A DNA stretch of 20,000 nucleotides, taken from positions 131,136 through 151,135 of the forward strand of contig PS015038.1 of assembly GCA_048213135.1 (NCBI GenBank), given 5' to 3'. The DNA is from Reclinomonas americana ATCC 50394 (Eukaryota). The notes beneath the pieces were generated by a model. It ran no database searches and was not told the DNA's origin. It saw nothing but the letters and a program-made list of their open reading frames with translations. Numbering within the stretch: the stretch's first letter is position 1; each line of letters starts with the position of its first letter. Below, piece after piece: positions 1 through 10,700 of this stretch. Position numbers and translations under genes: made by a program.

Positions 1-418
1 CGGCGAACTCGGCGCGCAGCTGAACAGCAAGGATCGCGAGCTGCAGCAAGTGGTGCGGCAGCTGGCGGACGCGAAGCGAGCCACCACCCGTCTGGAGGAG
101 GAGCGCGAGTCAGCGCGCGACCGTGAGCGAGTGGCACGCGACCGCATTCTCAAGCTCGAGGAGGAGCTGCGTCTGCGGGAGCGCCACTTGACCTCGTACG
201 AGGGCGAGTTGCAGGGCCAGGCCGTGGCCGCCGCCAGTGCCGCCGGCGAGCGTCGTGGTGCAGCCGAGACCCGTGCGACCCTGGAGCAGGAGCTGGCCAA
301 CAAGGAGCGCGCTCTCGGTGTGCAATCTGCCGAGGTGGAGAGGTTACGCAAGCAACTCAAGGATGCTACCACACGCCTGGCCGGTGTGGAGGAGGAGGCT
401 CGTGACGCCACAAAGCAG
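1..418 (+). CDS. Internal exon of a long coiled-coil protein (partial)
   Basis: Open frame from position 2 (GELGAQLNSKDRELQQVVRQLADAKR...DATKQ), E/R/K/L-rich heptad pattern. Ends CAG|GTGTGT (donor at 419); the intron runs into the N gap. Confidence 0.8.
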
Positions 419-473
419 GTGTGTGTCTCTCCATTTTTTTCGTGTATCATTGGCGACTGAATCTTATTCTGGC

Positions 474-493
474 NNNNNNNNNNNNNNNNNNNN
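474..493. other. Assembly gap (20 N)
   Basis: Run of n. Confidence 1.
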
Positions 494-3400
494 CCCACTG
501 TCTTTTGCGCGTCGAGCTGCGCAGAGTTGTTGTAGTGCTCCAACTGCGCCAGTTCGTGCTCCAGCTGTCGGATCTTGTCGGATCCCTGCCGTTCGCGCTC
601 GCGCACCTCCTTCAACTCGTCGTACGCATTGGTGAGCTCGCCTTGCAACCGGTACACACTCTTGCGAGCCGTGCTCAGCTCTTGCGACATGCGTTCCATT
701 CTGTATGGGCGCGGTCAGTACCAGCCGCAACAGGACAAGAGCGAGCGAGGAAAGAAAAGGGGGGGGGGGGCACGAAACTGCGAATCAAAGGTCGAGGACG
801 GCGCAGCAAACACCACGGCCTCTCGTGGCGGCTCCGGACGCAGGTCGTCGGCAGCACGTTGCATGCGACGCAGCTCGGCATTCAGCGTGGACACCTGTGG
901 CATGCGCGTGAGCACACCTGTCTGTTTTTTTTGGAAAGGAGAAACACACACACCTTGTCGACCGCAGAGGCCTCACGCTCCTGCAACTGGGCGCAGTCCT
1001 TCTTCAGCTGCGACACCTCGCGATCGAGCTTGAACACCTGCGTGTGTTTGCGTGGCGGCACAGCATAGCGTTGGTTGTCGAGTCACTTGCACAACAACAC
1101 AACACAGAGCGACTGACGCACCTCCTCCTTCAGGTGGCGAATCTCCACATCCTTGGCGCGCAGCTCATTGGCGTGCACCTCGTCGGACGAGGCATCCGAG
1201 CGCATGCGCGCAATCTGCGAATCACGCTCGCGCAAGTTCTTCTCCAGGCGGGCTGCGCAGTCGAGATGACAGTCGTGAGGACCATTGAAACAAACGAACA
1301 CATCAGAGCTCTGTGAACGTGCTTGCTCAACGCACCAAGTTCCTGCTGCTGTCGCGACATGTCATTTTCCATGCGCTTCAGCTTGTCCACCAGCCGCTCG
1401 TTCTCGTCCTGCAAATGCGTGCTCGACTCCTCCATCACGGACAGTCGCTGCCGCAGCTCATTGTCGCCAGTGACGCGCTCCGTGCCGCTCGATGGTCGCA
1501 CGCGGAGCGAGAGCAGCGAGGCCGGGGCTGCCGCGGTCACAGCAGATGAGCCCGAAGCGGTGCTGCGGGTGGCCGACGACGGTCGGGTCGGCACGTTCTC
1601 CTTGCTCAGTTGCCTCGCAATCTCCTCACGCTCACGGCTCACCGCCTACACGCCGCGCCAATAGGTGAGTCAGCAGGCAGAATGGAGCGGGCTGAACAAT
1701 GTCATGCACGCACCTCCTTGCGCTCCAGTGTGGCCTTCTCGCGCGCCTCCATGGCAGTCTCCATGTTGGCACGGAAAGCGTCAATCGCTCGGCGTCGCTC
1801 CGTGTCGTTGTCGCTCATCAGAGGCGCCAACGCGGCCGGGAGAGCCTCACGGACCTCGTTGCGCTTGCCGCCGCTGCGGTCCTCCTACACGAACACGCGT
1901 GTGAGAGACTTGCGCGCGCTTGTGCGATAAAGGTAGAAATTTTCCTTACCGTGCACTTGATCAGCGTCTCCACGGCCATCTTTCGCACCTCCACGTCCTC
2001 GTCCTCGGCAAACTCCGCAATCGCCTTGAGCGACTGCTCGCGCGTCCTCTCCACCATCATGTTTCCGTCGACACACATGTGGTACACGCCCTTGATGGCG
2101 TGGCGCTTGGTCTTGACGTCGCGTGAGACCAGCGACTTGAGAATGGCACTGCCGGCACCGAGAGCCATGACAGCGGCGCGGTTCGCCTCCTCCATCACCA
2201 TAAACGAGAGTGCGCCCATGGCGTACCTGGCGATCGACGCAGCGAATGAGCAACAAGCAAGCAAGCAAACAGCGACAAGAGGAAAAGTGCAGCTCACCGA
2301 CGAGCCTCCGGCTCACGGCCCTTGAAGCACTCCAACACAATCTGCACACCGTCAACTGACGGCACGGCCGCATTGCTGCACCAGACAACAGGGTGAGTAT
2401 GTGTGGCGAAGGGCGAAGGCCTCGCCCTTCTTTCTCAAACGCAGACTCAACTTGGCCGGATCCTGGCACATGTGCATGGTTGTGGCCAGAGCGTAACAAC
2501 GAGCCTCCAAATCCGAGTCCTTGGTCAGTCGCAGCAACACCGGCAGCGCACCGATGCGTCCAAGTGTGGCACGCGTGCGCTCCCCCAGGGACGCATTGCA
2601 CAGACACCGCAGACCGAACCGCCGACTCTCCACATCTTGCGTGTTGCTCACACAAAACAAAATCTCCTCGAGACCACCTGCGACACGCGCGCGCCGTGAT
2701 GAACAACCAGCGAGGAGGAGTGGGAAACAGGAAGGAGAAAAAATGATGATTGCCGAACCTTCCTGGATCAACTGCGACTCGTTGTCTTCATCGCTGTCAG
2801 CACAAACACACAGAGGTGTCAGAGAGCACTTGGTGAAGAAAATTGCACATGTTGTCACCCCAACGCACCTGGCCAGGTTGATCAAACTGCACAACACGCG
2901 AGCCATTTGAGTTGATGAGCACACACAGGAAGAGGAGGAGGAGGAGGAGGAAGAGGAAGGGGAAGCAACGCACCTCGCAAGCGCATAGCGCTGCGTTTCT
3001 GGATCGTCCACCTTCAAGCATTCGATGACATTGCGAATGCATCCAAGCGGGCGGAACTGCATCTTATTCTGTGGAAGCGGGTGTCAGCCACCGTCAGGAA
3101 GCACACAATAAAAGGGAGCGCGCGGCACGCAACTTCGACGTTGATGGACAGGTTGCACACCTGCACATCGAAAAAGTGTGAGAAACACAAACGGGAGAGA
3201 AACTGTGAAACTGCGACACGCACTGTTCGCAGAGCATCACGGCGAGTGCGAATGTCTTCAGCGAGGAGACACTGCACAATGAGCGGGAGACCGCCCTGCA
3301 GGCGGATTTCCACCTTGTTGATATCGTGGATGCTCAGGTTACACAGCGAGCTGCGACACCGACAAATCAGACACAAGAGAGTACGAGGAAAGAGGCAAAG

Positions 3401-4345
3401 CATGTGCGCACCGCAACGCGACACGCGTAATTTCGATATCCTGCGTGCCGCTGGAGAGGCAGTCGAGAATCGCTCCCACGCCGCCCAATCGCAAAATCTC
3501 CTTGCAGCTCGGCTCCTCAAAACTCATATTACACAGCAGACGCAGGCACAGCTTCTGCACATCGTACGAATCCACAGAGAGCCACTCCACAAGAATATCC
3601 AAGCCACCCTGCTGTCGAATCTCCTCGCGGTATTGTGCTGGATGACGATCGCCATCAGCGTCGCAAAATAGAAACCCACATACACACACACACGCAAACC
3701 GCGAACTGACCATGCTGACTGATCTTCCACAAGATCCACAGTCCATCGCGCTGCGATGCTGCGTCGCCTTCCGTCAACATCTCCAGGAACTTGTCGACGC
3801 AGTTGTTGTGCTCAATGTTGACATGAAGCGATTCTGCCACAAGAGAGAGAGAGTGAGTCAGGGCGCCAATGTCACTCTTGTGTGTGTGCGACTCACCATC
3901 GATTGTGATGCGACCGACTTCGGCCTGCGCCGCAGGCCGTGCGCGCTCCTGTTATCAGAAACACACATGCCAAGTGAGCGCGCGGAGAAGCGGGGAAACA
4001 AACACAGAGTCCGATCTTCCGCATCATGTGAAATCGATAAACGTGTCGCGTGCAACACACGCACTGGCGAACATGCTCCCTCTCTCTGTTACTCTCTCGC
4101 GTGTGCATGTGCATTCTTTCTGCGCGTGTATGTATGCACAACACTCACTCACACACAAAGAGCGATTGCAAACAGCGGAAACAAAGACGCACGCTCTCTC
4201 TCACGCACGCACGCACGTATGCAGTAACGCGCCACACTCTCTCACCACGTACACGCACTCTCACTCTTTCTCCTCGCTCTTCCCGTCTCTCTCAGTCGAA
4301 AGTGAGCGTGAGATGGCGCACACACAAACTCACCGGTCGCGACAT
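494..4345 (-). CDS. Armadillo-repeat protein with C-terminal coiled coil, multi-exon, 3'-truncated by gap
   Basis: Frame-consistent GT-AG exons: 4345-4334 (MSRP, tentative start), 3948-3897, 3833-3711, 3637-3412, 3350-3224, 3160-3134, 3068-2974, 2886-2869, 2793-2759, 2677-2452, 2375-2298, 2226-1950, 1884-1714, 1645-1336, 1252-1122, 1037-954, 894-779, 700-494. About 8 ARM-like units (EIRQQGGLDILVEWL...LRLLCNMS; EIRLQGGLPLIVQCL...ALRTVCNLS), then coiled coil. Confidence 0.88.
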
Positions 4346-4702
4346 TTAACGCCCCCTGAGTCTGTCACACGCACACACACGCACACACAAACACAAAGTG
4401 CAGCACGCTCCCTCGCACACACAAACACAAACAAACACAAACAAGCGCGCGTGGTTGGTGGTTCGTTGGCGAGCACTGTCCAGCAACACATTGGCACTGT
4501 CCATCTTAACGCGCCGGATTTTTGTAGCGCGCGCGCCTTTCTTCCCCCGTCTCTCTCTCTCTCTCTGCGTGCGTGTGTGTGCACAACTCTCTCTCCCCCT
4601 CCTCTCTCTCTTGTCTTCGTCTCTCTCCCTCTCTCTGTGGTCAGCAAGTTCGCGACTCAAATTCCGCACGTTGCGCTGCGCGTGAGGCCTTCTGGGGACC
4701 CC
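4346..4702. promoter_or_regulatory. Short divergent intergenic region, putative bidirectional promoter
   Basis: Lies between the inferred ATGs at 4345(-) and 4703(+). CA-rich left part, CT-rich right part. Positional inference only. Confidence 0.45.
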
Positions 4703-7653
4703 ATGCGAGCGCTGCTCTTGCTGCTGCTGTTGCTGTTATCAGTGACAGTGGTGGCCAGCAGCAGCAGCAGCACTCATCGCCTTCTCCACCAGCACCACCA
4801 CACTGCGCACGTGTTCGATTCAGATGCATGGATGACAATGATGAGGAACACCACTGCACACGATGATGATGGCGCGCGGATAGGCAACTATGCTCTGTCG
4901 CGCTTGCCGGTGTGCTTTGTGGAACTGGAGAGCGTCGACAGTGGCGGCAGAGTGATTACAACGCGCGACGATAATATCAGTGTGCGTGTCCGCGTAAGCG
5001 GCGGCATCAATAACAGTGTCGACGATGGCGACAATGCTGGAGGTGGTGGCATTGCTGGTTTTGAGCTGTTGTCGTATGCGTTGCGTCGTCACGCTTTATT
5101 GTCTTCTGCCATGTGTGTGTGTCTTTTCAGTTTGCATTGATCGTTGTTTGTGATATTGTGTGTGGGCAGTGATGAGACGAAGAGTGTTGTACGTCGTCAG
5201 CTAGTTCGCATGCGAGTGCATGTGGAGACGCGGGAGGACGATGAGTGGACGGCGTGGTCGCTTGTTCGGCAGTCGTCGGTGCGTTATACAAGTGTGCATG
5301 TCCTGCCCTCTGTGTGTGTGTTGCACTCATTCCGCGCGCTCCGTGCAGAACTGCGGTCGTGCATCGTTTCTGATTGGCGGTGGCGGCTTCCCGTGGCGGC
5401 AACATGCCAACATGAGTGATGTCATTGAGTCGCACACGCCGCACGTGCAGGTGCTGCTGCGTGGACAGAGTGCGCCGACACGCACTGTGAAGAGCGAGGT
5501 GGTGCTCACGCGCGCCGACGAGCTCTCCGCCTTGCGTGTCACATACGACGGCGTGTCGGTGCGCTCGGCTCGCATTGGGGAGGACGGCGAGCTGCGGTTG
5601 CTGCTGGACGATGGCGAGCTGGTGGAGGAGGCGCCGGTGTTTTCGCAGGCGGCGCATGCGCTGGGCTCGGCCGACTTGCGTGGTGCTTTTGAGCTGCTCA
5701 GCGTGGCCGATGGCGAGGTGATCGTCGGATTCCGCCTCACTGGCGGCCACCCCGATCCAACCATGCCGCTGCACATTGATCCACCGTATCACTTTTGGGG
5801 TGCGTGACGACGTGTCAAGGTCGGTGTGTGACAATCAATGTTCACTTTTGCTGGCTTGTCTCCACACAGGCTCGTTCTTTGGTAGCATTGACAAGGACGA
5901 CACGGCTACGAGCGTGGCCGTCTCGCCGTCGGGACTGATTGGTATCGCTGGCTACACCTTGTCGCACACTCGCATGAACTCGTTCACTGTGCCAATGTCT
6001 TCCTGTTGCGTACTGCCAGCTGTTGCCTTTGTCATTGTTTGCGTACGTTGCCTCTATCTCACGCTCCGTCACGGCACGCAAGATTCCGGAATTGTCGACA
6101 CGGTGGCCTTCGCAGCCATTGTCGATCCGCAGACCTACTCGTTGGTCAACATTGTTTACTATGGTGGATCAGGTACGTCGTCGTGATCGTGCCGAGCGAG
6201 ATGTGTGCCACTGTTGCTCACCATTACACGTGCTCACAGGAAACGACGCCGCCAACAGGTATTCACCGCCTTCACCGATGATGCCAACACAGTTTCTGTC
6301 GTTTGTCTCATTCTCGTCTCATACTCGCACAGCATTGCATTTTCCTCGGCGGAAGACGTTGTGATTTGCGGTGCGTCTCCAGCGGTCCTTCTTCTCTTCT
6401 GCACACATTATCCCTCATCTCCTTTTCTCTACTTTCTCCTTGCAATCAAAAAAAACAAGGCACGACGACGTCACCGATCATTCCCACAAGCGTCGATGCG
6501 TGGCGACCGACCTCGGTCACCTCCAACTCGGGTATTGGGTTTGTGGCGCGACTGACGCAGCTGGGTGTTCTGGTTGGCGGCACCTATGTGACCAATGTCG
6601 GCGCAACCACATGCGAGTCGTTAGCACTCGACAGCCAGAACAATGTGTTCATCACCGGCCGCTTCAAGTCTCCAGATGCTGACCCCACCGTTGTCGACTG
6701 TGGCATGGGGTGCACCAGTGCGGTCATCTACGTTATGGTGTGTTGACACCATCGACGCTGTTTCCTTTTGCGGATCACACGCTCACCGCTTCACCTGCCA
6801 GCGATTTGACCCCACTGCTCGCCTCCGCCAAACCTCCGCAGTCATGTTTCACACGAACTCGGGCGAACTGAACGGCGACTCGCAGGGTGGTACGTGAGCG
6901 GCGTGTGTCAGTGGATCTCTGCTGCATACATCTCACGGCATGCTGTTGTGTCGTCGTCGTCGCACACAGACCTGATTGCTGTGGACCCTGCGGATGACCA
7001 AGCTGTGTTTGTTCTTGGCCGCTCGCGAGCCACCAATCTCCACACCGTATTTGTGCGCCTCTCTCTCTCTCTCTCNNNNNNNNNNNNNNNNNNNNNNNNN
7101 NNNNNNNNNNNNNNNNNNNNNNNNNNNNNNNNNNNNNNNNNNNNNNNNNNNNNNNNNNNNNNNNNNNNNNNNNNNNNNNNNNNNNNNNNNNNNNNNNNNN
7201 NNNNNNNNNNNNNNNNNNNNNNNNNNNNNNNNNNNNNNNNNNNNNNNNNNNNNNNNNNNNNNNNNNNNNNNNNNNNNNNNNNNNNNNNNNNNNNNNNNNN
7301 NNNNNNNNNNNNNNNNNNNNNNNNNNNNNNNNNNNNNNNNNNNNNNNNNNNNNNNNNNNNNNNNNNNNNNNNNNNNNNNNNNNNNNNNNNNNNNNNNNNN
7401 NNNNNNNNNNNNNNNNNNNNNNNNNNNNNNNNNNNNNNNNNNNNNNNNNNNNNNNNNNNNNNNNNNNNNNNNNNNNNNNNNNNNNNNNNNNNNNNNNNNN
7501 NNNNNNNNNNNNNNNNNNNNNNNNNNNNNNNNNNNNNNNNNNNNNNNNTCCGGTACCGTCGGACGGTAGTACGAACGACGTACGTGTTGTTTCGTTTCGT
7601 TCGGTCCGTCCGTCCGCGACGACCACCACTCCTACCACCTACTTACGTTGTGC

Positions 7654-7706
<53 letters not shown>

Positions 7707-10700
7707 TATTTTCATCGCTGCAAGTCTCACTCCGTGCTCTGCGCCTAGTCAACTTTTGGGTACCACAACGCCTTTCAAGTATCCAATCTTGTGGAGACCG
7801 CAGCCGTCGACCGCGCCGTTCTGCTGAGACTCGATGTCACCAACAACATCACGCTGGATGTGAGTGGCCTTTAATTCCCGGTGGAGTAATTAGTTTTGCG
7901 TGATTCTGAAGCGAGGTGTGCGACGCAGTACATTCAGTTCATTGCCGCGGAGGCAGCGTACATTCCCGGAGCAGTGTCTACCGTTCCTTGCAGCACAATC
8001 GGCACGACTCTGCTGATCAATGGCACTTCTGTGTGGACTGCGGGTACGCCCCTCCCCCCCCCCCCGTCCCGTGAGTACCGTCAGAGCTGTCTCACAACCG
8101 TGCTTACAGTGGCCGCCGATATCAACATCCTCGTGTCAGCGTGCTCGTCCCCAACGCAATGTGTCACCAACTCATTGCAGGTGGCCGGTGGTCGCGAGGA
8201 TAGGGGTGCATCCTATTCCCTTGGTGATCCTCAATTCTATCGCATCTACATTAGCGAGGTTTGAGTGTGTTCAGCCGTGTCTGCGCGTATGGTGCAACCT
8301 CATTTCGTCTTTTCATTCAGATGTACAAAGGGTCTGGTGCACCGCTGGTTTCTGGTTTCGCCACTCGAGTCAATCAGAGCACACTGACGGCGGGACGCAT
8401 GGTCATTGATCGCAGCAATACGTTGCGTGTTTTTCTTTCTGCGCTGGGTGCCGACTCGACTGTTCGCAACTCACGATGGCCACCACCATGCAGCATATGG
8501 GTGACCACGGGAGACGATACCTCCAGTCTTCACAGAGTCAATGTCACGAGTGCAGACGCGATTTCGGGTGATCCTCCGGATCCCAACGCTCCGTTCAACA
8601 ACATGCTGGATGATTCTCCGTACCAGGCCACGGGCACAGGTGTCGATGGACAAGCTGTGAAGTCTGGTAGCGGCATGTTGGTAACGGTGGACAGATTCGG
8701 CAATGTGGTGTTTGTGGGCACCTCCAAGTACGGCAAGAGTCAATCGGGCGACATCCCGCCTCTTTCCGCAACCACTGTGACCTCGATCGCTACACCGACT
8801 CAGTTTTCCGAAGGCATCAATTACGACATTTACGTTGCGCTGCGTGTGGAACCATCCTGCTTCTTTATGTCTGGCAGCCATGTTCACCCGCAAGTCGTAT
8901 TGTTTGCAGGTTGGAAAAGTGTATCAGGCAGAATCTGTGCCTGATGTCGCATTCACGGCCGTGCACACCGACGCAACGCAACAGACGCTGCAGTCTATCG
9001 TGCTCCAGGTGTGTGTGCTACTGTCATTGCTGCTTGCCAAGACTGTCGTCTCGTCACCTACTCTGTTCGCGCGGCGCCACACAGTGGACGTTGCCAGCGA
9101 CACACATTGCGTGGGGTCGCTGGACTGCCGATGTGCAAACAGCAGTGAGTGGCAGCAACATGTGGGCCCCGGCCATGACCACGACCGCACCAAATGTGGA
9201 TTCCGCCGGCCTTGACTTGCCGGCACTGCCTGTCACTTTGGACTTTCGCGTTCGAGCCGTCACTGTGCTGACACAGTTCGCTGGTCCGTGGAGCACCGTG
9301 TTCACGCAAACTTTTGCTGATGGTCTGTCTGTGTTCCATTCCGTGTTTGCCGCACTGCGCCTCGTTGCTGACCACCAGCTTGTACAGCCGCCGTGTGGGA
9401 TCCAAACAAGTCGCTTATCGACTGGATAATCAGCGACCCCGCTGCGGCCGTTAACATACCGAGTGGCACTGTGATTCCGCCGATTGTTGGTCTGAACGTG
9501 GGCTTGACTGCTGGCGCCATCATCAACCGACTGCCGCCGGGCCCTCGCACTCGCTCACTGACACTGCGAGCCAACAGTGGTGGCGTGACATTCGATTGCC
9601 AGAACACCTCCATCATTCAACTCACGGCCACGGACCAGTTGTGGCTCCGTCTGACATTCGTCGGCATTACATTCCTGCGTTGCACGCCTCCGTTTGTCAA
9701 CGGCTACCAGACCACGGACTACTCGATTTTTCTGCAGTCAGACGGCGCCAACGGCGACGCCAGCAAAACTCACCAACTCACGCTTCGTGACTGTATTGTC
9801 CAGTCGTCGGATTACTTTGCGTTCCTGGAGGAATCCGTCGGCGACTTTACCGTCACCGTGCGAGACTCGGATTTTCCGTTCACACTCTTTGCTCGCTCCG
9901 GTTCGTGGCTGCGCTTCTTGCTCTCTTTTCGTTCCACGTGTGTGACTTGTTCTGCTGACTGCGCGCTCGCGCATGGCAGCCCCTGGACACACCAGCAAAA
10001 GCATCACCACCTTTACGAATTCCACGCTCATCGGCTGCGACTCGTGCGTCCGCATCAATGGGGCAATGACTTCGTTCACCATGTCGTACAGTACGTGCAC
10101 TGGTGCCTTCCGTGGGTGAGTCAAACACGTTGTTAGTTTCGACGCATATCCACGTGCCGCTGAAGCGCGCTGTGCAACTACAGACCGAATAACAGCAACG
10201 AGGCGTTAGCGCCATGCATCTACGCGAAGGGATGTTTGTCTACAAGGATCCTGTATTCCACCTTTGCCAACAACACCATCGACTCATCGCCTAACGAAGC
10301 GCTGACCGCGGCCGCTGTGGCACTCATTGGGACGGGTACCTCGTACATCGAGAACTGTCAGTTTATCAACAATTTGGCAACCTACACTGTCGCTGCTCGC
10401 CCTTCTGGCGACCAGGACGCAGCAGGAGCGCTTCTCATCAATGGTTTGTCTGGAGGGGGAAGGGTGTTTTCTTGTTGAAACACCGGACGCTGACCTGAAG
10501 AGCACAGACGTGAATCACATTCTGACCGTGACGGCCAGTACGTTTAGGAACAACAAATCAGTTGGCGGCACCGGTGCTCTCGACTGTGCCTGTGCGTGTG
10601 CTCGCGAGCATTGATGTAAAGTATGCTTCTGGTTTGCTGATCCGCCTGCTCTTCCGCAGCTGGTAGCTGCTTGGTTACCGACAGCGCGTTCTCTGGCAAC

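Larger units (their letters stand above)
5349..8930 (+). other. SBBP-like beta-propeller region with its usual preceding beta-rich segment
   Basis: LRVTYDG...RIGEDGELRL...LVEEAPVFSQ...LHIDP, then repeats GSFFGSIDKDDTATSVAVSPSGLIGIAGYT, YYGGSGNDAANSIAFSSAEDVVICGTTTS, SLALDSQNNVFITG, VTVDRFGNVVFVGTS...YDIYVGKV. Recognised by eye. Confidence 0.7.

Noticed and set aside
4225-4515. TAACGC(G)CC seen three times (4225, 4347, 4507) as a promoter motif
   Set aside because: Short, one copy lies in the inferred intron, and significance cannot be established by eye.
3869-5140. 423-aa ORF and many other overlapping or antisense ORFs
   Set aside because: These are stop-poor CA/CT-repeat read-through or shadows of real exons. 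Only 4703-5073 of this ORF is supported.
6775-7748. Long ORFs spanning N gaps (also 13203-14050)
   Set aside because: Their length is an artefact of X codons.
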